Position numbers and translations under genes: made by a program. Source: the human T2T-CHM13v2.0 reference genome, Homo sapiens. From it: a stretch of DNA of 64,000 nt. The DNA lies in the NCBI RefSeq assembly GCF_009914755.1, contig NC_060933.1; one strand, given 5' to 3'. The notes under the pieces were generated by a model. That model was not told where the DNA came from. It saw nothing but the letters and a program-made list of their open reading frames with translations, and did no database searches. Shown here in pieces: positions 50,820-64,000 of the stretch (positions are counted from its first letter, which is position 1; every line of letters starts with the position of its first letter).

Positions 50820-51358
50820 TCTCTTTCTTTTCTTTTCTTTCTTTCCGTCTTTCTTGTTTGTTTGTTTTGTTTTGTGACAAAGTCTCACTCTGTTGCTCAG
50901 GCTGGAGTGCAATGGCACAATCATAGCTTACTATAGCCTCAAACTCCTAGGCTTAAGTGATTCTCCCACCTCAGCTTCTTGATTAGCTGGGGCTACAGGT
51001 GTGCACTACTGTGCTCAGCTATTATTTTTTTTATTTATTTTATTTTATTTTATTTTATTTTATTTTATTTTATTTTATTTTATTATTTTATTTTATTTTA
51101 TTTTATTTTATTTTATTTTATTTTATTTTATTTTATTTTATTTTATTTTATTTTATTTTATTTTATTTTATTTTATTTTATTTTATTTTATTTTATTTTA
51201 TTTTATTTTATTTTATTTTATTTTATTTTATTTTATTTTATTTCATAGAGACAGGGTCTTGCTATGTTGCCCAGGCTGGTCTCAAACTCCTCAAGCAATC
51301 CTCCAGCCTTGACCTCCCAAAATGTTGGGATTATAGGCATGAGCTACCATGCCCAGCC
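50820..51358 (-). mobile_element. AluJ-like with (ATTTT)n-expanded central linker
   Basis: Right and left arms separated by a pentanucleotide tract. Confidence 0.88.
51037..51244 (+). repeat. (ATTTT)9-ATT-(ATTTT)31-ATTTC pentanucleotide STR
   Basis: Counted directly from the sequence. Confidence 0.95.
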
Positions 51359-51942
51359 ATACCTATGATTTAATATCCAAATATGAAATATCCTCGGATA
51401 TGAGCCTAGGATTAAACACTATAGCTCCAGCAATATAACAGACAAGATAATATGAAAATCTTCCAACTAGCCCGGAAATGCTGGGCTAGTTGTATAACTG
51501 ATAAGAATAAAATATAAATCTCTGGAAGCTCAAAATGGACAGGAACTGCAAAAACCATAAGCTCAATGAGCTGGTTTCTTATTGTTCTAAAGGTAATGGG
51601 ACAGGTGCTCATCTCCATAACCTAGGAGATTGGTTTTAAGACCCTTAAAGGGGCAGGAGACAGGGTCTTGGCCCATGTGAAATGGAGGTTAGCATTCAGA
51701 ACCTTGTATAAAGCTGAGAACCACAAAAGTAGAAAGATGGGCCAGAAATTCCATCTTCAGGCACAAAAACACAACACAATGGCTTGTCTGTCTTTAGTCG
51801 TGAGGGAGAAAAAACCAGGTCATCTTAGGAGTGAATATTCAACACTCAGGACTATAGCTTCCATAGGCTTGATATTGACTTAATACCATCAGCACAGTCT
51901 GGGAATTCTCAGCTGGAAAAATGAACATACAAACTGGTTTCA

Positions 51943-52232
51943 GGCTGGGCACAGTGGCTCACCCCTGTAATCCCAGCACATTGGGAGGCTGATGGCTTGA
52001 GCACTGGAGACCAACCTGGGCGACATGGCAAAACTCCATCTCTACAAAAAATATAAAAATTAGCCAGGTGTGGTGGTACATGCCTCTAGTCTCAACTATT
52101 TGGGAGCCTGAAGTGGGAGGATGGCTTGAACCTGGGAGGTGGAGGCTGCAGTAAGCCAAGATTGTGCCACTGCACTTCAGCCTGGGCAACAGAGTGAGAC
52201 CCTGTCTCAAAATAAAAAAATAATAATAAAAA
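51943..52232 (+). mobile_element. AluJ-like
   Basis: Alu consensus. Confidence 0.85.
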
Positions 52233-52570
52233 ACCTACATACACATAAAACATTGGTTCCAGGCCAAAAAACCCACACACACACAAAACATTGGTTCCAG
52301 GCCAAAAATTTAACAAGAAAAAAAAGCTAAAAGAAGAAGCACTTTACCCAAGTTACATAGGCTTTTCATGGATATACCTACACTGAGGATGAGTTCACAA
52401 TGCAAAATTGTCACACCTACAGAAAACAACCTACCTTGAGTGAGTGTTGTCCAACATAATATACAAAGAAAATTCAGTTAACCACATAACATCATAGAAA
52501 TTATAAAATAAGTATGCTTAAAGTAATTAAAAATGCAAAAGGAGGAATAAGGAAAACAAAAATACATTAG

Positions 52571-52872
52571 GGCCAGGCACAGTGACTCACGCCTGTAATC
52601 CCAGAACTTTGGGAGGCCAAGGCAGGCAGATTACTTGAGGTCAGGAGTTCAAGACCAGCCTGGCCAACATTGTGAAACCCTGTCTCTATACAAAAATTAG
52701 CCGGGCGTGGTGGTGCACGCCTGTAGTTCCAGCTACTCAGAAGGCTGAGACAAAAGGATCTCTTAAACCCAGGAGGCAGAGGTTGCAGTGAGCCAAGATT
52801 GCACCACTACACTCCAGCCTGGGCAACAGAGTGAGACTTTGTCTAAAAAAAAAAATTAAATAAATAAATAAA
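52571..52872 (+). mobile_element. AluS-like
   Basis: Alu consensus. Confidence 0.88.
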
Positions 52873-54018
52873 TTAGGAAGACAGGCGGTTTTGATAAATA
52901 ATTAAACACAATTTTAACACATAAAAATATAATTAAAATTAAAATTCAATGGATGAGTAATAGTATATTAGAGATAAAGAGATAATTCAGCCATTAGAAA
53001 TCAGCTCTTCAGAATTTAGAATTCAGTGCAGAAAGATTTTGAAAGCATAGAAAAGATGAAATTGAATTTAAGAAATGATAAAAGATACATTACAGAAAGA
53101 GAAAATACAGAAAATATGAGAGGCAATACTCAAAAACATGATGACTAAGAACTTTCCAGCATTGATGAAAGACTTAAATCTTCAAGTACGTGAAGCATAC
53201 CAAGTCCCAATCGGTAAAAATGAAGAGCAGAGAAATAAGCATTTCACACCCAGTCAAATCATAAGGAAACATCAAAGACAAAGAGATTATCTTAAAATAT
53301 TGAAGACAGATTATTTATAAGGGACAACAATTAGGATAACAATAGAGTGTGGGGAAACTATCACTTTCATCTATCCTTACAATTTGGTATAGCCGCATGA
53401 AGGTTTATGAAAAATAAAAATCAAACTTTAAAATGTATATAGATTTGTCTCAGCAATTTAACTTCTGACAATTTATCTAAAAGAATATTTGCACAAGTGT
53501 ATGTTCAAGATTATTTGTTACAAAGTTACTTAGTAAAAAGTTGTAAAGAACTTAAATTTGCTTCAATAGGACACCATCTAAATATGTGATGTAATTCCAT
53601 GCAGCCATTAAAAAGAATGAGATGGATTTATATACATTAACTTCTAAAATTATCTACCGTATATGTGACTTGGGTCTGCTTTCCATCTCTGAGCCTCAGC
53701 TTCCTCTTCTCTAAAATAGAGATAAAAGCAGAACCTACCTCTTAGGATGCTTGATTATTAGTTATTATAGACACATAGTGTGTACTATATAATTATTTGC
53801 TGTTTTATTATTTATTTCATGTATTTAATAAGTACTTGTATAGTGCTTACCATGTGCAAGGTACTGTTCTAAGTGCTTTAGAATATTAATTCATTATCAA
53901 TATAATATGTTCATAAGTGAAAAAGTAAGTAAAGAACAGTATATCTTATTATTATATATTAGAGTACATGTATATCGAACTCTTAAGTCATCATCTCTGC
54001 ATAGAGAATTATATGGGG

Positions 54019-54322
54019 GGTCCCGGCACGATGGCTCACGCCTATAATCCCAGCACTTTGGGAGGCCGAGGTGGGCGAATCACGAGGTTAGGAGTTTGAG
54101 ACCAGCCTGGCCAACATGGTGAAACCCCATCTCTACTAAAAATACAAAAAATTATCTGGGCATGGTGGCAGGCACCTGAAATTCTAGCTACTCAGGAGGC
54201 TGAGGCAGGAAAATCGCTTGAACCCAGGAGGCAGAGGTTGCAGTGAGCAGAGATTGTGCCACTGCACTCCAGCCCAGGCAACAGTGCAAGATTCCATCTC
54301 AAAAAAAAAAAAAAGAAAGAAA
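54019..54322 (+). mobile_element. AluS-like
   Basis: TSD aattatatggggg. Confidence 0.88.
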
Positions 54323-55391
54323 GAAAATTATATGGGGGGTAACTTCTATTTTATACTTTATGTAGGCCTATACTTTTTGCATCTTTATAAAGAGAACTTT
54401 ATAATTAGGAAGAATTAATACATGTATTTATGCTTTGGAAAAAAAACACTTCTTCCAAATATTATACTATTTTTGATAAAGTAACATGAATCTTTCTGTT
54501 CATTAGTTTGATATTTTTGCAGTTCTGTTGCTCCATTGATCTCCAAGACAAACTCAGGGATGGGAAAAGTTTTGTCAAAGGTAATTGATTCCTATGTTGC
54601 TTAGGTTTTCACAACTCTTGGATATTGGCTGAAGAATTTTGAAGGTGGAGGTTCTGATGAACAGGACATAGAACATGCCATTTCTTTAGGGAAGGAATCA
54701 ATCCATAAAGCTGCTAAGCTTGAGACCTACAAGAGGAAGCTGGCAGAGTCACCTAGATGGAGGAAGTGAAGGGGGTCAGAGAACAGCAGCTGCTGCTGAA
54801 GTCTCCACTCATCTGACTCTTCTTTTCTATGTACAGATGGAAATCTGAAATTTATGATTTTATAGTCTGGAATAGTTTGCAGGATCCAGCACAAAAGTTT
54901 TGTTAGGGTTCTGATTTCTCAGTGAACATTTTCCACACTTTGTTGGGTGTTACTGACTTACAGCATAAAGGGAAAAGTAAAACAAAGGGAAGTTCCTATA
55001 GGAAAGGGAAGCACCGCTAGGTAAGAACTATTTAGGTATACTGATTTGACATTGACAGGGAAGCCTCAGTCATCTGGGAGGCAGAAGAAAGTTTTCAGTC
55101 TCACAACTGTGGAGGCTCTTCTGGAAAGGTTAAGCCCTGTCTCAGGCCCCCATGTGCCAAAGGGCTCTAGGAGAGGATTCACGGCAGGATGTGACCAGGG
55201 AACATCTTATTGTCTGATGTCACCAGAGAAATCTACATATCATATTTCATACATTCTAAGATGCTCATTATTTCATATTTTGGCATATCTGGGTTACATC
55301 TCATCATTAATCCCTTACAATCACAATTGAATAAATTTTAGTTTCTTTGTTGCACATTTTAATATCTCTGAAATTGAGATTTTTCTTACAG

Positions 55392-55468
55392 GTGCTAAAG
55401 GCATTCACACCCAGTTTGTGGCTTCTGCCCTCCAGCTAAGATCGTTCCTTAGCTGTCCCCAAATATGA
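55392..55468 (+). CDS. MUSK: Candidate alternative terminal exon of MUSK (soluble Ig1-Ig2 isoform)
   Basis: Acceptor ttttcttacag|; in phase with exon 5 it reads (G)AKGIHTQFVASALQLRSFLSCPQI*; AATAAA at 55495-55500. Confidence 0.5.
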
Positions 55469-56037
55469 GAATGAATATACAATGATAAAACAAAAATAAA
55501 TCAACCATATTGGCTCATAAAGCTTTCTTTATTTTTAACTAGAAATTTTCCTTCTGCTTGAGATCATTTCATTTGTTCCTCACAGAAATGAAAGCATTAT
55601 TTTCAGTGAGATGATGCCACCTAGCCTTTTTCCCTCAAAACCTTTTATTTGCTGCCTATTCATTTTATTAGGTTGAAATAGAGACTAAGTGGCTTTTCAG
55701 GGCCATATAGAGGAAATTATCTTTTAAGAGACAATTTTGTCTGCTTCTCTAATCCACTTCACATTCTACTTCAGGTATGGTGTGTAGCCAAAGAGTGATC
55801 TATGTTGTTTTTCTTATATATCTGAAACCATTTTCTCCTGAGTACCTCTAAAGGACAGGAAGACAGATACTCAGGGGCAGAGGGATATGGCAGTGGAACA
55901 TGCTGATTTGAATGGCAGGGCTGGAATTTTCAATGAGGGTTTGCTATCATGATTGCTTGGGACAACTTTTGAAATTCTGATTTTATTTCCCTGTTTTGAC
56001 CAGTGGCATATGCCCCCTTTAAAACGCTAGACCAGAG

Positions 56038-56580
<543 letters not shown>

Positions 56581-57409
56581 TTACTGTTTTTTATAGCTGG
56601 GGGGTGTCTTTGTTATAAGATTTTTTAAACATTGCAAAAGACTCATTTAAAATTTATAAATATCTAATTTTCTTTTTTCCCCTCACATTCTCTGCCTTAA
56701 CTAAGATTTTTTAAAATGCACTTATTTATTTGAGGCTGAATGTGGCTCTTACTACATTCTGTGAATATCACATTCAGATGAATACTGCTTTGTATATAGA
56801 AACTGGCTGAATGTAGAGTACTTGAGACCCAAATTAAAATAGATGGATGCTGGAGTGTATCAAGCTCTTGTTAATTGCATTTTCTATTATTATCTTGTTT
56901 ACCCTTGAAGCTTTAAGCCATTAAGGAAAATATTGGGCAGAAGCTGGAATCAAGAGAGGGCTGTCAGTCAGCAATTGCTGGTGGGAAGAGGTGTCTTGGC
57001 ACCAATACAAAACTGCAAATAAGAGCCAGGGAGGGTCTAGAAGCAGAACAAAAAGAAGAGAGTCCTTCTGGGTACAGGGTTATTGTAGGGCTCCTTCATG
57101 TTTAAACAACTCCTTATTTCCTCAGGGCTTTGAAAAGCAGCCTCTTGTCAAAACGTGGAGAGGCATTTTGGGGAGTAGCAAGGGAAGGCAAGTCATATGG
57201 AGAATTTAAGTGGCTTCAGTGCATGAGTCTCCATCACTTGTCAGGACACCTGCGTGCTGCCAGCCCAGTTTCTTTGCAATCTGAAAGGCTGCACTATCTA
57301 CCCTTAAGGCCAACAAATCTATTCAGAAACTTTTTATCTGAAGATATTTTTGCAGACATATGAAATAGGTAAGACAAGTAGAATTCCAAAAGATGAAAAT
57401 AAATAATTC

Positions 57410-57410
<1 letters not shown>

Positions 57411-57454
<44 letters not shown>
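57411..57454. repeat. (TATC)11 tetranucleotide STR
   Basis: Counted directly. Confidence 0.95.
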
Positions 57455-59179
57455 ATGTCACAGAAGCAGATGTCAATAGACATAACTATAAAAGATCAGC
57501 ATTGTCTTCAAAATTTTAGACTTCTGGCTGCCTTCTTTCCTAGAGATCAAATTTACTTGTTGCATCTACAAAAGTGGAAGCAATCATGTAATGTTTATAC
57601 CACATTTGATTTGCTTTTTCCTTTGTTTATGCTGCAGCTCTTAATATCACAAATGCCACAGAGAGAGGTATTTAAAACCCCACCGTGTGCTGTGCTCTCA
57701 GTGATTGCAGTTTTAATAAAATTTGCAGTGGTCCTGTTCCCGGCATCAGTCCTAATTGTTTGATGCCACTAACAGGTTTGATTTGCTGTCATGAGTACAT
57801 TGTGCATTTGAAAACCAAACAAAGAAAAAAATCACAAACCTCTGATATCCCTGGAGGCTATCATTGGGAAAATTAAATCTGCATGATTTAATAGGATGCA
57901 TGTTCTAAAAGAGGAGCTTGACCCATTGATTTTGACTTTAGGGGATATTATGGTATATTATGGTATGGTTTCATCTAAAAAGTTCTATAAGGCTTTCAGA
58001 GAAGAATGGTAAAGTGGTCCTTTAGTTGAACAGTTGTCACTGCATTTCTCTAAGAAAAAGTCACTTGTATAATAATGATAGCACTGAATAGATAATACAT
58101 AATGCTTCAAGTCAACACATAGTTAGGCCCTCTTAAAGTGCAGTGTTAAAGAAAATGTACTTTAAAGTAATTAAATTGTTTAGTATAATGTTGACATTAT
58201 ATTATTTGAAATGAAAAGTTATCGTGACCTGAAATACATATACTCTAATTGGAGTGAGTTTTTAATATCAGTTTTCAGATACTAAAATGAGATGCATAAG
58301 TTCAAGCATACATACACAGTAAAGGAAAATTGCTTTCTATTCAATGCATTAGTTCATCCAACAAAGACACACTGAGCAATGTTCCAGGTGCGACATGAGA
58401 CAGAGAAGGCCATGCCTCCACTGGGCTTAATTTCAAAATGTGACTATTTTGATTCATGCAAAGATATCATGGAAAGCTATTAGAATTCTATGGCAAGAAG
58501 GAGTTCAAGTAATTTTATATTCAGTTATTTTCTTCAGATATCAAATACATGACTCTGAGACTGTAATTGTTATATTTATTTCCGTGAACAACAAACTATA
58601 CAAGGCATTATTTTTGGAGAGGACTTAATATAGTGGTTAATAACATGGGTGGTAGGATCTCAAGAAAACTGCATGGGCTCTAGAGTCTCAGGTAAACTTC
58701 TTGAGTCCAAATCCTGGTTCTACCACCTATCACATGTGTAACTTCCAGTAGGTTACTTATCTCTTTGTGCTTCAGTTTCCCTACTTGTAAAATTAGGTTA
58801 ATAATACTATCTACTTCATAAATTGAAGAATGTAGAAGTAGATGATATATTTATAGCTCTTACAAGAGTGACTGACACAGAGTAAACACTCAAATAGAAA
58901 TTATCAATGTTAGTTCTAGGGCTAATATAACTTCTGTGCAACAGAAGCAGTGATTTACGCACTTGTGCAGACAATTATAGCTCCCTTTTCCATGTGTCAT
59001 CTTTATCTCTGAGGTACAAGCAATAAAGTCCAATGGCAAAAACTAAATTTTTATTTTTAATAGTTTATTTGTATTAATTTTGGTTCTAGCAAAAGAATAA
59101 TAACCAACTTTAAATCTGCAAGGAGACCCCAAAGTCATATAGTTCAATTCCTTAGTTTGTAGATAAAGAAATTTGAGAC

Positions 59180-59330
<151 letters not shown>

Positions 59331-59514
59331 AAATTTGAGACCGGAAACATCTTTTATTTTATAGATAAAGACACTTGAGACCAAACAAATTGTGACTTTG
59401 CCCAGGTTGGCAAAGGAACTTGAGTGTCTTATTCCTAGTCTAGGACATGTTCCACTACCTATTCCGATTCTTTCCTCTTTTTAATATTTATGTTGTGTAG
59501 ATAATACTCTGCAG

Positions 59515-59730
59515 AGTTCACATGCTTTAGTATCAGACAGACCTGGGTGTTAATCCTGACTGTGCTGCTTACCAGTTATGTGAGGTAGGATAATTTACTT
59601 GACCTCTGCAAGTCTATTTCCTCATTTGTGAAATGGGGGGTAATATTATCTAGAACACAGAGTTCTTAAAATGGACTCAGATAGCATATTCACAGTGTCT
59701 ATGCAGTAGCTCTTTGATAAGTATTTGCTG
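59515..59730. mobile_element. MIR
   Basis: cagacagacctgggt...ttacttgacctct...tttcctcatttgtgaaatggg core. Confidence 0.65.
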
Positions 59731-60232
59731 TTGTTGGTATTGTTGTCTGTTGTTTACATTGTTATAAAGCTGGATGACATCTATCCAGAGAATACCACTA
59801 GTCAAGCTTCTTGAATTTCATAAATAGAATGTCAACATTAACAACTGCTCATCTGGTCTCCAAAGAACATAAATCTACTTTCAATCAGCAATGCTTTGTA
59901 CCTGCATTCTTGTTACTTGTTAGAGATTATAACTTTGGTGTGGCTTCACCGTGACAAGTGATAAAGGGAAGCTTATCTAAGAAGCTGTGTAAAGAGGTGC
60001 CTTTAATGGCTAACAGGAGAGAGGCTATTTGGAGTCAACCTGTTAAAAAAAAAAATAGTACAACAACATAAAAGTGAAGGCGGCCTTCGTGTGTATCCTG
60101 AGCTTATATCATATTTTATTCACTATAGAAATAGATATTTGCCAAAAATCTTGTTGAAAATACTGATCCATTCTAGCACTCACTGCTCCCAAGTAAATCC
60201 CAAGTGAGAAATCACTTTAAAAATTTAGTGCC

Positions 60233-60575
60233 ATAAAAAATGATGAGTTCATGTCCTTTGTAGGGACATAGATGAAGCTGGAAACCATCATTCTCAGCAA
60301 ACTATTGCAAGGACAAAAAACCAAACACCGCATGTTCTCACTCATAGGTGGGAATTGAACAATGAGAACACTTGGACACAGGAAGGGGGACATCACACAC
60401 CGGAGCCTGTTGTGGGGTCGGGGGAGAGGGGAGGGATAGATAGCATTAGGAGATATACCTAATGTAAATGATGAGTTAATGGGTGCAGCACACCAACATG
60501 GCACATGTATACATATGTAACAAACCTGCACGTTGTGCACAGGTACCCTAGAACTTAAAGTATAATAATAATAAA
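60233..60575 (+). mobile_element. 5'-truncated L1PA
   Basis: L1 3' UTR; TSD aaaaatttagtgcc at a TT/AAAA endonuclease site. Confidence 0.92.
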
Positions 60576-61792
60576 AAAAATTTAGTGCCTGGCTGAAGCT
60601 CTGTGAACAATGGCTGCAGAGGAGCTTCCTGCCAGCCTGGGGAAGCCATAGCCTGCACATGATCTGTCCCTTTTAGTGAACTAAGGTTGACTTGATGGAG
60701 CCAATGCTGGCAAAGGTCTCTGAGGAAAACTGACCTGGATTTATACAAGGTCCAGCCTTGCAGGTTGTAAGGGAGGTCACTTTCATGGCAGGCCAAGATC
60801 CTTGAGATGTTTTGAAAATTTGAAGGAGAAAGGAATTAGGCCAAAATGAATAGATACTGCAGACGAAATCTTATGGAGAAATTTCCTTGGACTTACATCC
60901 TTAGCCTCAGCACAGCAAATTAATAGAAGCTTGCAGAAGACCAAGCTGAGATTTCTTATAGAGACCTCCAGTGGAACAAACTTAAAGAAGGCCCATATGG
61001 TTAACGTTCTTGATGCCCATATGGTTAACATTGTTGATGCACCTGTGTAAAGAACCAGGCTAAATCTAATAAGGCCATACTCACTTTGTCGTCAAGAATC
61101 TTTGAGATTCTTTTTAATCAAAAGTGGGGAGACTATAAGGAACAATTTGTGCTTAAATGGAAAATTGTGTGTTGTCATTCTAGAGCACACCTGTGTTGTC
61201 TGATTCCAATTCTGTGGGAGCTGTTTTAAAGCTTTATAAATTGTAGATAACTGGCAGCAATGCTAAATCGTTCTCCTCCATAGACTTGCAAATGAATTCT
61301 GTCCAGTGGAAAAGCAACCAAAAAACCCAATCTGGCTCTGTTTGCACAGTCATTTTAATATTCCTGATCTATAAATGGGTCTGTCCTTGGGATTCTCTTT
61401 TCATCTGGTTGCAACACTTCACTGGTTTCCTTGTGAATGAGTTAAATAAAACCTTTAACTCATGTTTATTCTGAAAAAAAAAAAAAAAATCAGTGCCTGG
61501 GTTGGGGAGAAGGGTCTCTGCTGAGAAACTGACATTTTATCCATTCCTATAGTAAGTACTGTGTACTTTATTTTCTTTTACTTTATTTTTTGCTCGGCCT
61601 GGCATGTATCTTAGAATCCAATTTGAAGCTTAGTCATAGTATCTGTTACACCAAACCATCCAGAGGTTTTCTCCCTGATCCTAATATATTGTTATTCATT
61701 TAATTTATGGCCATATCAATATACCTTCCTTAAGACCTCTATGGAAAGAGAAAGAAATAACTAAGTTGACGGATTCATGGAACTTCTCCTCC

Positions 61793-61969
61793 AAGTGGTT
61801 CTCAAATGCCAGTGCACATCAGAAGCATCTGGAGATCTTACTAAATGACACAGCTTCAGGATGCATTCCCCAGTTATTCATATTTGATAGGTTTATGTTA
61901 GTGCTTTTTAACAACACCCCAAAGGATCCTTAATGCAGTGACCCATGAACCACACTTTGAAAAACACTG
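61793..61969. mobile_element. MER5A-like MITE
   Basis: agtggttctcaaa ... accacactttgaaaaacactg termini. Confidence 0.6.
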
Positions 61970-62532
61970 ACTTCAGGTTTTCTACTTAGAGGGACTTTAT
62001 TCCAGATGAATCTAAACAATTCAAGGAGAAAGCTTATCTGCAAATAGTAAGATATCAATGTTAGGATAGCTTCAAATTCATCCATTTGTGGAATGCCTAC
62101 TATGTTCTATGCAATGAGGTAATTCTTAAGGATACAGACGAAAGAGAGATGTGGTTCATTTCTTGAAAAGTGTTCAAATTCAGTGAGGAAGATGGATATG
62201 CAAACAAGTAAAATGCAATATATTTACAATGATAGAAGTTTGTGTAGGGTTATATACACAGGACAGAGGAGATAGGGAAAGGTCAGGGAAATCTTCAGAG
62301 AGGTGAAGGCCAACAGGGCTTTGATTGATGAAGAGTGAGGAGCTCTTGGTGAGGATCATATCACATTGAGGGAGGAAAAAGAAAATAGAGGAAAAAATTC
62401 AGATTTATCATGCAAGCACAGCCTGACACTGACTCATAACCAGGGAGTAAAAGAAGGATTAGAGAGTTTGGGACAGTATCTATTAGTGGTGCTATAAAAA
62501 CAGAATAAACCATGATTTGACTCACAGGCTAA

Positions 62533-62873
<341 letters not shown>

Positions 62874-64000
62874 CTCTCTTAGACATAATTTTAAACGGGT
62901 AGATACCTAACATCCTGACAATGTGGGAACCTATGGTTTGGAGGCATATGGCCTTATCTGGCATCCAGAATTCCATCTAAAAGGTTACAGAAATGTTCCC
63001 AACCCAAGCCACTTTAGGCAACTGGGATACTGTGGTATGATTTAAGATTAAGTTTATGGCTTCTATTTATTTTTCCAACTAAAATTTCCGGTTGGCTAAA
63101 ACAAAAATCTTATTCTTAATAGACCTCAGCTCGTTTAACGCATGTCAGAGTGCAGGCATCTTCCAGAGCTTAGATCAAAAAAGTTATTTAAAAGTAAACT
63201 AAGATTTTGATAAACGTACCATGGTTATACAGGATGCTAACATTAGGGGAAGTTGGGTGAACAGTACATGGAAACCTTCTATACTATCTTTGCAACTCTT
63301 ATGTAAATCTAAAATTATTTCAAAATAAAAATGTTTTAAAAAGGTAAACTAAGAAATACTTCTTTGTCCTGGTAATTAAGCAGTTTAGCATCTCCTCCCA
63401 TCAAAAACAGAAAATGAACTTTCTTTAAGAAGAAAAAAGTGAATCAGGAATGAAGTCACATATTTTATTGGCTGATGATTAAACTTCTAATATATTTTCA
63501 GAACCAGTTTAACAAAAGTGCGGTTGCTTTATATACACCTAAGACTGAAACAAAAACAAGTAAACTTTGTGTAGCTCTTGTCTGATTTACATGGTAAACA
63601 TTTCTTGCTCGTACCCACTATTCACCATCCATATTTACAAGTGAGAAAAACGTTACCATCTCAAAGGCCACAGAAATGTTCCCAACCCAAGCCATGGGAG
63701 GGAATCCCACATCATTGAGGCAGGCAGCCCTTATTTTGTCCTGGAGAAGAGAGTCACTGTATTTGAGGATGATGTGTATGTTTTCTAAAGGAGCTTGCCT
63801 TCTGACTCCTTCAGAGTTGGAGCCACAGTGGGTAAACCTCTTCAGGCATTGCCCTGCTTCAAAGCAGACAGAAACGTAAACAGTGGCAGTACACCAGGAT
63901 CGGGTTTCTTTGCTTTAGCTACCAAGAGTCAGGAAAGAGAAACCAGGTATTTATTTAGGTTTGTCATTATTGCTAGGTTTTCTTTTAATGATAAGGGTTT

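Noticed and set aside
50979-51373. FILFY-repeat ORFs in three frames
   Set aside because: Artefact of the stop-free (ATTTT)n tract

Overview
Primate genomic DNA, most likely human. The window holds about 16 kb of repeat-rich upstream sequence, the promoter, and coding exons 1-5 of MUSK (muscle-specific receptor tyrosine kinase) on the + strand, ending within intron 5. The exons are 79+127+152+128+142 = 628 nt with GT-AG borders, and splice into one frame, [10 protein letters not shown]...KVVKLEVE, encoding the signal peptide plus Ig1 and Ig2. The rest is Alu, L1, L2/MIR, MaLR and DNA-transposon relics plus simple repeats. The other ORFs in the track are mostly repeat-derived and none is supported as a gene. 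Most interesting observations: (1) an in-phase candidate terminal exon with AATAAA in intron 5 that would give a secreted Ig1-Ig2 MuSK; (2) a ~40-unit (ATTTT)n tract in an AluJ linker, resembling SCA37/FAME loci; (3) a 3.4 kb AT-rich VNTR and a palindromic AT-rich tract that bracket exons 2-3; (4) an Alu polarity switch around phase-symmetric exons that could yield stop-free circRNAs; (5) an N-box/MCAT/MEF3/E-box cluster in intron 1; (6) two tiny uORFs; (7) a twin-primed L1 with no visible TSD; (8) local templated duplications. Repeat subfamily calls were made by eye and their boundaries are approximate.
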